A DNA stretch of 44,605 nucleotides from assembly GCA_030651175.1 (NCBI GenBank), contig JAUSCR010000029.1:1-44605 (forward strand), given 5' to 3'. This document shows, piece by piece, positions 1-7,955 of this stretch (the first letter of the stretch is position 1; the number at the start of each line of letters is the position of its first letter). The notes beneath the pieces were generated by a model. It saw nothing but the letters and a program-made list of their open reading frames with translations, made no database searches and was not told the origin of the DNA. The DNA is from Dehalococcoidia bacterium. Its GTDB lineage: Bacteria > Chloroflexota > Dehalococcoidia > Lucifugimonadales > SHYF01. The translations under genes were made by a program, and so were the position numbers.

Positions 1-1
1 A

Positions 2-346
2 AAGCACATCGTCTATACCGCCAACTACGTCACACGGGACGACCCACGGTGGTCCAAGGGGCCAGAGGAGATTGTCCGGGACTACATTCCCCATTTGAAA
101 AAAATCAACCCTGACTTTGACGAGTCGTGGATAGAGACCTACTACGTGCACAAGGAGCCGGCCGCGCAACCTATCGTGACCATCAACTACAGTGAGAAGA
201 TGCCTTCCACCAGGACGCCCGTCAAAGGCCTGTGGCTGGCTGCCATGAGCCAGGTCTATCCGGAGGACCGCGGCACCAACTACAGCCTGAAGCTGGCTAT
301 AGAGGTGGCGCGCCAAGCGGAGGCGGAGATGGGGAAGAGTGGATAG
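2..346 (+). CDS. C-terminal fragment of an FAD/NAD(P)-dependent oxidoreductase (amine-oxidase / phytoene-desaturase-like); 5' end lies outside the window
   Basis: Frame 2 is open from base 2 (KHIVYTANYVTRDDPRWSKGPEEIVRDYIPHLKKINPDF...) to TAG at 344-346. The tail ...SQVYPEDRGTNYSLKLAIEVARQ resembles the C-terminal FAD-contact segment of this fold. Confidence 0.5.
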   Translation, partial: KHIVYTANYVTRDDPRWSKGPEEIVRDYIPHLKKINPDFDESWIETYYVHKEPAAQPIVTINYSEKMPSTRTPVKGLWLAAMSQVYPEDRGTNYSLKLAIEVARQAEAEMGKSG

Positions 347-544
347 AAACAAGAACTGTTGAACTCCCGCTTTGGCTGTCGGCCTAACCAAGTTTGAGGT
401 ACTTGCGGGGCGGAGCGTGGGAAACAATAGACAGAACCTTTGATGTGGAGCTGGCACTCCCATCAAGTAGAACAAGTAGAAACTTGGAATGCCCCACTAC
501 CAGTCAGGCTAGCGCGTCCAACGGGCGATGCTTCGTCCGGTCGG

Positions 545-1501
545 CTAGGACATCTCTCCAAGCATATATTGATGGTGTTGCAGAAACCACTGGAAGAGTG
601 ATTGCGCGGCACCTACGGCACTGCATACGTCCGTTTTTTGGTCCATAAACGGCATACTGCGATTGAGCCTGGGTACCATCAGCCGGACTACCCCGGATTT
701 CCCAGCCCGAGTCACCCTCATGCCAGGCTCGAGATACGCACGAAGGGCATGATACATCTCGTTCACGTGGTCACCCTTTCCTGCGAACTGCAAGTCCATC
801 CAGCCTTTGTACATCTTGTGACAGATTTCGACGTTGCCGGGGAGAACCACTGGCCGGAAGTAGACCCAATCCGATCTCGACGGCTTCGACGAAGGTTCCT
901 TCATAGCCAGCTCTGGTGCGAGCTCACGCGCCAATTCCCAATATTGGCGAAAGAAATCAGTGACTGGCGCATCTTCCAGTATCTGGTACCCGACGTTGCC
1001 CTTATCAATGGCCGATTTCAAGAGAGCTATTTTGTATTTGCGCCGTTCTTCCAGCACTGTTGCCTCTTGAAACCATTCCAGGACAGCCTCATAGGTAACT
1101 CGGCTGTCAAAACCTTTCGTGCTGTTATCAAGGCCAAAGTAGCGTTTTGGCGCAACGATCACGGTGCGATAGATGGCACACTCGTGACGAACTGTGTACA
1201 ACTCACCGCGCTCGCGATAGCGTTCAGCCTGTTGTGGCTGTAGATTGGCGTTGACCTTGTTCTCGATGAGCAGGCGAATTACACTGCCAGCCCCATCAAC
1301 AACCCCGACCTCTAAATCAGATTCGCCAGACGACTCCGTAACGGAACGCTGTGCATTGACGAAACCTCTGATGTCGTACTCTGTCCCTAATATTTGGGCT
1401 ATGAACCAGTGACGAAACTCGTGGGATGAAAGGAACTCTTCAAGCAACAGGAGGTCAATATCTCGCTCACAGACGCCAGCAATTGCGACTTTTGGGGTCA
1501 T
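545..1501 (-). CDS. PD-(D/E)xK nuclease superfamily protein (hypothetical)
   Basis: 318-aa ORF. The N-terminal region carries ERDIDLLLLEE ... GESDLEVGV ... IRLLIENKV, a D...E-x-K restriction-endonuclease-like signature. GC is visibly lower than in the neighbouring genes. Confidence 0.6.
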   Translation of the reverse strand: MTPKVAIAGVCERDIDLLLLEEFLSSHEFRHWFIAQILGTEYDIRGFVNAQRSVTESSGESDLEVGVVDGAGSVIRLLIENKVNANLQPQQAERYRERGELYTVRHECAIYRTVIVAPKRYFGLDNSTKGFDSRVTYEAVLEWFQEATVLEERRKYKIALLKSAIDKGNVGYQILEDAPVTDFFRQYWELARELAPELAMKEPSSKPSRSDWVYFRPVVLPGNVEICHKMYKGWMDLQFAGKGDHVNEMYHALRAYLEPGMRVTRAGKSGVVRLMVPRLNRSMPFMDQKTDVCSAVGAAQSLFQWFLQHHQYMLGEMS

Positions 1502-1545
1502 CTTCTCACCTTCAGTACTTGCACAGGATTAGCAAATGTTAGCAA

Positions 1546-1569
1546 TGGTGAGCCATAAGGGATTCGAAC
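1546..1569 (-). other. Isolated 24-nt tRNA 3'-end fragment (tRNA-Lys-like T-loop, acceptor strand and CCA); not a complete tRNA
   Basis: The reverse complement reads GTTCGAATCCCTTATGGCTCACCA: last T-stem base, T-loop TTCGAAT, 3' T-stem, 7-nt acceptor strand, discriminator A, CCA. No complementary 5' acceptor strand (GAGCCAT) or 5' T-stem occurs upstream. Confidence 0.45.
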
Positions 1570-1648
1570 TGGTGCCATCACTATACATTTGCTGACTAGG
1601 CCGGTTCAAGCACGTCACGCTCGTCAGGTTTTGCCGCCCCATAGCATA

Positions 1649-1678
1649 TTGAACCCCCTTCGGACATTGTGATATTAT
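1649..1678 (+). promoter_or_regulatory. Candidate sigma70-type promoter for the nuoE-like cluster
   Basis: TTGAAC (1649-1654), 18-nt spacer, TATTAT (1673-1678), about 40 nt upstream of the GTG start at 1718. Confidence 0.4.
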
Positions 1679-1717
1679 TCCCATACTGTCTGCCCAACCT
1701 ACCGTCAGGGAGCGCCT

Positions 1718-2215
1718 GTGACTTCTGAAAGCCAATCCCTGCGCCAGACCATCCGCCAGGCGCTGGCCACTCGCCAGAATGGCACTGTTACAGTCCTCTC
1801 CTCGCTTCTGACGGTGGAGGACACCCTTGGCTATATTCCACCCGAAGCTATCGAAGAGGTGGCGGAGCTTACTCACACCACGGTCAACGATGTCTGGGGC
1901 GTGGCTTCTTTCTACACCAACTTCCGCTTCACCCCGCCTGGGCAGCATGTGGTGGAGGTATGCTGGGGTCCCACCTGCCACCTCCTGGGTGCTCCTGCCA
2001 TTGTGAAAGCGGTACTGGACTCCCTGGGCCTGGCCGCCGATGGAGACACGCCGGATGGTGGCGTTACGTTCAAGTACAACACCTGCCTCGGCGCCTGTGC
2101 CCAGGCTCCGGTGATGGCCATAGACCACCAGCTTATGGGCAGAGCGACGCCCCAGTCAGCGAAGGAACTGGTTTCAGGCGTACGCGCCAAGCAAGTCACC
2201 GGTGCGGGCAGGTAG
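1718..2215 (+). CDS. NuoE/HoxE-type thioredoxin-like [2Fe-2S] ferredoxin subunit (NADH dehydrogenase 24-kDa family)
   Basis: 165 aa with VCWGPTCHLLGA ... YNTCLGACAQAPVMAIDHQL, the four-Cys pattern of the NuoE family. GTG start preceded by AGGGAG. Confidence 0.85.
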   Translation: MTSESQSLRQTIRQALATRQNGTVTVLSSLLTVEDTLGYIPPEAIEEVAELTHTTVNDVWGVASFYTNFRFTPPGQHVVEVCWGPTCHLLGAPAIVKAVLDSLGLAADGDTPDGGVTFKYNTCLGACAQAPVMAIDHQLMGRATPQSAKELVSGVRAKQVTGAGR

Positions 2216-2252
2216 TGTCCAAGATTAAGGCAAACTGAATATCAAGCAGCCG

Positions 2253-2413
2253 CCCTTCGACAGGCTCAGGGCGAACGGGGGTACTACTCCGCTCGTGGTG
2301 AGCTTGTCGAACCATTCGAGCGGAGTGAGGTTTCAACTTTGATGTCATGTCCCGCTCATTTCCTTCCCTTCGGCTTCGCTCAGGGTAAACTCACGGCTCA
2401 GGGTGAGCGGGAG
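2253..2413. repeat. Cluster of family-B hairpin modules filling the nuoE-nuoF spacer
   Basis: Contains TTCGACAGGCTCAGGGCGAACGG, CCGCTCGTGGTGAGCTTGTCGAACCATTCGAGCGG (2289-2333) and CCCGCTCATTTCCTTC...CTCAGGGTGAGCGGG. The same modules recur at 8861-9010, 15481-15524 and 41385-41515. Confidence 0.8.
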
Positions 2414-2463
2414 ATTTACACAGTTCTTCCGGCCAGCCTAGACTCAACCAGGACACACCCGCA

Positions 2464-4170
2464 GTGACCCAAGCCTATACAGCCCTGAAACAGAACGCCC
2501 AGGAGCGGGAGCGCCTTCTGGAAGCCCAGCCCCGTATCCGGGTGGGCACAGCCCTGTGCGGCCTTGCGGCAGGCGCTGGCGGGGTGGCTGATGCCTTTCG
2601 GAAAGAGCTGACGGCCCGGGGCGTGAAGGCGACGGTAAGCGAGGTGGGATGCCTGGGCCTCTGCTACGCCGAGCCTCTGGTTGACATAACGTTGCCAGGT
2701 GGCCCCCGTATCTTCTATGGCAACGTGACGCCGGACCAGGTGCCTGAGTTGGTGCTCTCCCACGTGGTCAGCGGGCGTCCCGTGGCGCAGCGGGCGACGG
2801 CGATGCTGGGTGGCGGGTCTGCACTTAGCATACCCGACCTGCACGACTTGCCCATGATGAAGGGGCAGGTGCGCGTTGCCTTGCGGAACGCAGGCAACAT
2901 AGACCCCACTGACATAGACCAGTACATAGCTGCCGGTGGCTACGCCGCCCTGGACAAAGCACTCAGTGAGATGACTCCCCAGCAGGTTACGGAGCAGGTA
3001 ACCGTTTCGGGGTTGAGGGGTAGGGGAGGGGCGGCCTTCCCCACGGGGACCAAGTGGCGGTTCATTGCCGGCTCGCCAGGCCCGGTGAAGTACATCCTTT
3101 GCAACTGCGAGGAGGGTGACCCCGGCGCCTTCAACGACAAAGGCATACTGGAGTCTGACCCTCACACCCTTGTCGAGGGCATGATCCTGGCGGGCTACGC
3201 CACCGGCGCCAGCAACGGCATCATATTCATCCGCCACGGGCACGAAGGCCCCATTGAGCGCAGCAGGGAGGCCCTTCGCCATGCGTATGAGGCCGGCCTT
3301 CTGGGCAAGAACATCCTGGGTAGTAGCTTCAGCTTCGAAGCAGAGGTCTCCCTGGTGGGTGAGTCGTACGTATCTGGCGAGGAGACGGCACTTATGGAGG
3401 CCGTGGAAGGTAAGCGGGCCATGCCGCGGTTTCGTCCGCCATTCCCAGCCGCTGTTGGAGCCTGGGGCAAGCCAAGCAACATCAACAACATCAAGACCTT
3501 GGCCTACGTTCCGGAGATCATAGCCAAAGGCGGTGCATGGTTCGCGGGCATTGGAACGGAACGCAGCAAGGGCACGGCCATCCTGTGCCTCTCTGGCAGC
3601 ATCCGGCGGCCTGGCATGATGGAGGTCCCCATGGGCATGACCCTGCGACACGCCCTGGAAGAGATGGCGGGAGGCGTGCCTGATGGAAGGCGACTGAAGC
3701 TGCTGCAAACGGGCGGGCCGCTGGGTGGCGTGCTCAGCGCCGACAAGCTGGACGTTGCCATGGACTTCGATGCCATGGCCCGCGCGGGGGCAATCCTGGG
3801 ATCCGGCGGCATCATCGTCGCCGACGATACCGCCTGTGCCGTGGACCTGACGCGGCTGCTGGTGGCCTTCTGCCAGTACGAGTCGTGCGGCAAGTGTTTC
3901 CCCTGCCGGCTGGGGACAACCCACATGCTGGAGATTTTGGAGCGCATATGCCGTTTCCAGGCCCAGCCAGGCGATATAGACCTGATGCGTGATATTGGGA
4001 GAAGCATGGCGGTCGGCTCCCTGTGCGGCCACGGTCAACTGGGTTTCAACCCAGTGCAGTCGGCGCTCAACTCCTTTGCGGATGAGTTCGCCGCCCATAT
4101 TCAAGAGAAGCGGTGCCCTGCTGGCGTATGTACCGGAGAGTACCTGACTCCCCAGCATTCCAGGCGATAG
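2464..4170 (+). CDS. NuoF/HoxF/FdsB-type NADH-binding FMN, [4Fe-4S] flavoprotein subunit with an N-terminal thioredoxin-like domain
   Basis: 568 aa with GLRGRGGAAFPTGTKW (FMN/NADH site), CNCEEGDPGAFNDK and ESCGKCFPCRLGT (4Fe-4S N3 site). Confidence 0.9.
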   Translation: MTQAYTALKQNAQERERLLEAQPRIRVGTALCGLAAGAGGVADAFRKELTARGVKATVSEVGCLGLCYAEPLVDITLPGGPRIFYGNVTPDQVPELVLSHVVSGRPVAQRATAMLGGGSALSIPDLHDLPMMKGQVRVALRNAGNIDPTDIDQYIAAGGYAALDKALSEMTPQQVTEQVTVSGLRGRGGAAFPTGTKWRFIAGSPGPVKYILCNCEEGDPGAFNDKGILESDPHTLVEGMILAGYATGASNGIIFIRHGHEGPIERSREALRHAYEAGLLGKNILGSSFSFEAEVSLVGESYVSGEETALMEAVEGKRAMPRFRPPFPAAVGAWGKPSNINNIKTLAYVPEIIAKGGAWFAGIGTERSKGTAILCLSGSIRRPGMMEVPMGMTLRHALEEMAGGVPDGRRLKLLQTGGPLGGVLSADKLDVAMDFDAMARAGAILGSGGIIVADDTACAVDLTRLLVAFCQYESCGKCFPCRLGTTHMLEILERICRFQAQPGDIDLMRDIGRSMAVGSLCGHGQLGFNPVQSALNSFADEFAAHIQEKRCPAGVCTGEYLTPQHSRR

Positions 4171-4176
4171 CAGGTC

Positions 4177-4313
4177 GCTGAAACAGAGGAGTCCAGAGGG
4201 GCGAAGCCCCTTTGGCAGGGGTCTGGGGGTGTCCCCCAGATATCCCTTTCACCCCCTTCCTGGCCAGGAAGGGGGCAGGGGGATGGTCGAGGAAGTTATC
4301 ATCACCCTGATAG
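4177..4313 (+). repeat. Family-A three-hairpin composite repeat, copy 1
   Basis: Head GCTGAAACAGAGGAGTCC; H1 AGGGGCGAAGCCCCT; H2 CTGGGGGTGTCCCCCAG; H3 CCCCCTTCCTGGCCAGGAAGGGGG; tail GGGGATGGTCGAGGAAGTTATCATCACCCTGA. Begins 6 nt after the nuoF-like stop. Confidence 0.9.
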
Positions 4314-7225
4314 ACCAGGAACCTCCTACGAGGGTAAACGTGACTACCGACAACCGCATAACAATAACCGTTGACGGCCAGCAGGTCCAGGCAAAGCCCG
4401 GCGCTATGGCGTTGGAGGCGGCCATGGAGGCGGGCATCTACGTTCCGTACCTCTGCTACCACACAGGCATGAAGCCATTTGCCGCCTGCCGCATGTGTGT
4501 TGTGCAGGAGGAGGTGGAGGTAGAGGTGGAGCGCGACGGCCAGAAGGTCAAGGAGAAGCAGCTCAGGCCGCCCACGGCCTCGTGCACATTGCCTGTCAGA
4601 CCTGGCCTGGTAATCAGGACAGCTACAGACTCCCTGCGCCAGTTGCAACGAGGCATTCTGGAGATGCTCATCTCGGAGCACCCCCACGGATGCCTTACCT
4701 GCCACCGCATAGAGCTTTGCGGGCCGGAGGACATCTGCCTGCGCCACGTCTCGGTAAATGACCGGTGTGTCATCTGCCCCAAGAACGAGCGGTGCGAACT
4801 GAAGGACACCGTCCGTTTCTTTGGCATGGAGTTGGAGTCGCCCCTCTCCTACAAGACCCGCGCCCTGCCCGTGGAAGAGGCCGACCCCTTCTACGACCGC
4901 GACTACAACCTGTGCATCGTCTGTGGCCGCTGCGTCCGAGTCTGCGAGGAGGTCCGCGGCGACAGCGCCATCACATTCATCGAACGGGCTGGGCAGTCGC
5001 TGGTGGGCACCTCCCGTGGCACATCCCTTTTGGAGTCGGGGTGCGAGTTCTGTGGCGCCTGCCTTGATGTATGCCCTGTGGGAGCCCTGGTGGAGCGCGA
5101 GAATAAGTGGGACAAGGCGGTGCGCGTGGAGCGCACGGTTTGTCCACACTGCCCCGTGGGTTGCCAGCTAAACCTGGAGGTAAACAAGCGGGAGAAGGTG
5201 ATACGGGCCATCCCGGAGATCAACGCCCCAGCCAACCGGGGCCAGGCCTGCTTCAAGGGGAAGTTCGGACTGGAGTACGTGAACCATGAAGACAGACTCA
5301 GGCACCCCCTCATCCGGCGCAACGGTCAGCTAGAGGCCGCCACCTGGGACGAAGCGCTATCACTCATTGCCGAGACGCTGCCCAGATACAAGGGCAGTGC
5401 CTTCGCAGCCATCGCCTCGGCCCGCAGCACCAACGAGACAGCCTATCTGTTGCAGAAGTTCGCGCGCACTGTGATGGACAGCAACAGCGTGGACGTGGAG
5501 TCCAACATCATTCCAGCCGCGAGCCGGGCGCTGGCGGAGCCTCTTGGCTACGCAGCCTCCACCAATCCCATCTGGGATTTGGAAGGAGCCAAGTGTATCC
5601 TGGCCGTGGACACCAACACCACGGAGGAGCACAACGTGGTTGGTGTACCCATCAAGCGCGCCACCAAGAAGGGCGCCAGGCTCATCGTGATAGATGCCCG
5701 CGAGGTGGAGCTGACGCGGTACGCGCATCTGTGGCTGCGCCCGCGTCCCGGCGCCACACTGACGCTCCTGGGCGGCATCCTACGATGCATACTGGAGCAG
5801 GGCCTGGCGGATCAGGCGTTCCTCCAAGAGCAGTGCGACGGCCTGGAGGGGCTGCGCGCCTCCCTGGAACCGTTCACCTTGCAGCACGTGGCCCAGGTCA
5901 CTGGCGTGCCGGAGCAGCAACTCCTGCAGGCGGCGGGTGTGTACGCCACTTCCGGTGCCTCGGCCATCCTGTACGCCCTGGACAACGTCCCCGCCGAGGC
6001 GCAGGCCGCCCAGGTACATGCTCTGGCTAACCTGGCGCTGGTTACAGGCAACGTGGGCAAACCCTCCACCGGGCTGTACGCCCTCCCTCGCGGCGCTAAC
6101 GGGCGGGGTGCCATGGACGTGGGCTGCGTGCCTGACATGCTGCCTGGATACCAGCGGCTGGATCACGAGCCTGTGCGTCAGAGGTTTGCCCAGAGTTGGG
6201 GATCCCAGCTATCGGAGCAGCCCGGCTTGGGCATTGCCGCAGCCCTTCATGCCGCCAGCGAAGGCTCCGTTAATGCGATGCTTCTGCTGGGCGATAGCGT
6301 CAGCACTACCCTCGGAGACCTGGACCAAGGGTATGAGGCCCTGGAGCGCCTGGAGTTTCTGGTGGTGCAGGACACGTTCCTGGGGCCGGCGGCCCAGCGC
6401 GCCCATGTGGTGCTGCCCGCCACCACATTCGCCGAGGAGGACGGAACCTACACCAACCTGGAACGGCGGGTGCAGCTTCTAAAGAAGGCCACATCTCCCA
6501 AGAACACCGAGGCCGAGTCCGGCTGGCAATTCCTTTGCCGGCTGGCCCGGCGCATGGGCGCCCAGGGATTTGGCTTCCAGAGCACGGCTGAGGTGTTCGA
6601 TGAAATCGCCTCCCTGGCGCCCATCTACGGCGGCATATCCCATCGCAGGCTGTTGAAAGAGGCGACCATTACACTGAGGCCCGATCCAGTCAATCCCCAG
6701 CCCACGCAGCTTCTGCACTCAGACAGGGTCTCGCGTGGCATCCAATGGCCCTGCCCGGATGCCAGTGCCCCAGGGACGCCCGTGCTGTACAGCGATGGTT
6801 TCCCAATGGGGCGCGCCAGGCTGATGCCTCTTTCGGCACCCCCAGCGGCATCTCGGCCGACCACGGAGTTTCCACTTCTCTTTGTCCCAGGCCGCGTGCT
6901 GCTCCAGGGGGAGCGCGACTCCGGCGTGGCGCGTGTTGGCGGTGTGAACCTGGTTGCGAGACAGGAGCTGGTGGAGATACATCCCCTGGATATGGCGGAG
7001 GCTGGTATACAGGATGGCGACGTGGTGGACGTGGTATTGCCAACCGGGCAGCGAATATCTGGTATGGCGTCTCTTTCCCAAAGAGCACACAGGGGCGTCG
7101 TATCTATGACCACACTCTTCGGCGAGCTGGCCACCCGCCTCCAGGCCAGCGAAGCCCCTGACCCCATGGCCCGGGTGCCCGGCCTTACAATCAGCGCGGC
7201 GCGCCTGGAGAAGGTGGCGAGGTAA
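4283..7225 (+). CDS. NuoG/FdhA-like molybdopterin-oxidoreductase-family subunit: N-terminal 2Fe-2S and 4Fe-4S domains plus an MopB-like domain that lacks the catalytic Cys/Sec
   Basis: Contains CYHTGMKPFAACRMC (2Fe-2S), HPHGCLTCH, CIVCGRCVRVC and CEFCGACLDVCP (Fe-S) and VCPHCPVGCQLN (MopB Fe-S). Collinear with FdhF through ...TNETAYLLQKFAR... and PRGANGRGAMDVG. The start is uncertain. The ATG at 4283 lies inside repeat A1. A GTG at 4340 preceded by GAGGG gives MTTDNRITITVDGQ, a typical N-terminus. The 4229 start in the ORF track is repeat read-through. Confidence 0.8.
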   Translation: MVEEVIITLIDQEPPTRVNVTTDNRITITVDGQQVQAKPGAMALEAAMEAGIYVPYLCYHTGMKPFAACRMCVVQEEVEVEVERDGQKVKEKQLRPPTASCTLPVRPGLVIRTATDSLRQLQRGILEMLISEHPHGCLTCHRIELCGPEDICLRHVSVNDRCVICPKNERCELKDTVRFFGMELESPLSYKTRALPVEEADPFYDRDYNLCIVCGRCVRVCEEVRGDSAITFIERAGQSLVGTSRGTSLLESGCEFCGACLDVCPVGALVERENKWDKAVRVERTVCPHCPVGCQLNLEVNKREKVIRAIPEINAPANRGQACFKGKFGLEYVNHEDRLRHPLIRRNGQLEAATWDEALSLIAETLPRYKGSAFAAIASARSTNETAYLLQKFARTVMDSNSVDVESNIIPAASRALAEPLGYAASTNPIWDLEGAKCILAVDTNTTEEHNVVGVPIKRATKKGARLIVIDAREVELTRYAHLWLRPRPGATLTLLGGILRCILEQGLADQAFLQEQCDGLEGLRASLEPFTLQHVAQVTGVPEQQLLQAAGVYATSGASAILYALDNVPAEAQAAQVHALANLALVTGNVGKPSTGLYALPRGANGRGAMDVGCVPDMLPGYQRLDHEPVRQRFAQSWGSQLSEQPGLGIAAALHAASEGSVNAMLLLGDSVSTTLGDLDQGYEALERLEFLVVQDTFLGPAAQRAHVVLPATTFAEEDGTYTNLERRVQLLKKATSPKNTEAESGWQFLCRLARRMGAQGFGFQSTAEVFDEIASLAPIYGGISHRRLLKEATITLRPDPVNPQPTQLLHSDRVSRGIQWPCPDASAPGTPVLYSDGFPMGRARLMPLSAPPAASRPTTEFPLLFVPGRVLLQGERDSGVARVGGVNLVARQELVEIHPLDMAEAGIQDGDVVDVVLPTGQRISGMASLSQRAHRGVVSMTTLFGELATRLQASEAPDPMARVPGLTISAARLEKVAR

Positions 7226-7229
7226 TTCC

Positions 7230-7952
7230 ATGCCACCACCTTTGCCCAAGGCCACTATCGTCCGCCGGGAGGACATCACCCAGGACCTATGGAAGATATG
7301 GTTGAAGCCGGAGATCCCCTTCAAGTTCAAGCCGGGCCAGTATTGCACCATCGGGTTTGACGATGTCGAGCGGGCCTACTCCATTGTCTCATCGCCCTAT
7401 GAAGAGCAAATAGAGCTTTTTATCGAGCTGGTGCCGCCACCCTATGGGAACATGACGCCTCTTCTATACGAGCTGGGCGTTGGGAGGCAGGTGACCTTTC
7501 GGCCCAGGGCCAAAGGGATTTTCACCCTGGACGAAAGGTACAGCACGCATCTAATGGCGTCCACCGTCACTGGCGTGGTGCCATATGTAAGTATCCTCCG
7601 CAGCTACCTCCACGACCTTAGAAGCGGCCACAGGTTTTACGTGCTTCAAGGGGCTAGCTACGCCGACGAGTTTACCTATGACAAAGAGATTCTTGAGATG
7701 GCGCATGCTCATCCTGACTTCATAGCGTATGTACCCACGGTCAGCCGGCCCAAGGAAGAGAGGAATCACGGCTGGGAAGGCGAGACGGGCAGGGTGAACA
7801 CTCTGCTAGAAAAGTACGTGGGGAAATTCGGCCTCGACCGGGACGATACGTTGATATACGCCTGCGGCCATCCAGGGATGATAGAGGATGTGAAAGCTAG
7901 AGCGACTGCCCTGGACTTCCTGGTACAAGAGGAGCGGTTCTGGAAGGACTAG
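7230..7952 (+). CDS. Ferredoxin-NADP(+) reductase-type FAD/NAD(P)-binding oxidoreductase
   Basis: 240 aa with RAYSIVSSP (the RxYS FAD motif), an NAD(P)-binding segment ASTVTGVVPYVSIL and a C-terminal YACGHPGM. Starts 4 nt after the preceding stop, with a GAGGT RBS. Confidence 0.8.
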   Translation: MPPPLPKATIVRREDITQDLWKIWLKPEIPFKFKPGQYCTIGFDDVERAYSIVSSPYEEQIELFIELVPPPYGNMTPLLYELGVGRQVTFRPRAKGIFTLDERYSTHLMASTVTGVVPYVSILRSYLHDLRSGHRFYVLQGASYADEFTYDKEILEMAHAHPDFIAYVPTVSRPKEERNHGWEGETGRVNTLLEKYVGKFGLDRDDTLIYACGHPGMIEDVKARATALDFLVQEERFWKD

Positions 7953-7955
7953 GAG

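Noticed and set aside
1546-1640. A complete tRNA or tmRNA gene on the minus strand near 1546-1630.
   Set aside because: Only the last 24 nt are tRNA-like. No complementary 5' acceptor strand, D-arm or anticodon arm can be folded from the adjacent sequence.
2416-4158. A 580-aa minus-strand ORF, plus similar long antisense ORFs: 4067-5149 (-), 16511-17080 (-), 30076-31038 (+), 34579-35577 (-), 36514-37236 (-), 41618-42307 (-), 43743-44345 (-) and 9362-10123 (+).
   Set aside because: Each lies antisense to, or out of frame with, a gene carrying strong family motifs (nuoF, fdhA-like, aspS, yidC, purF, purM, ubiA, amt, meaB). Their translations are Arg/Ala/Gly/Pro-rich with no motifs. These are the typical shadow ORFs of high-GC DNA.
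4500-4570. A purine-rich GAGGTGGAGGTAGAGGTGGAG tract inside the fdhA-like gene, considered as a possible micro-satellite or slippage site.
   Set aside because: It is short and imperfect, and it is in frame (encoding EEVEVEVE) within an otherwise intact ORF. It is noted only as a small lineage-specific insertion in the 2Fe-2S domain.
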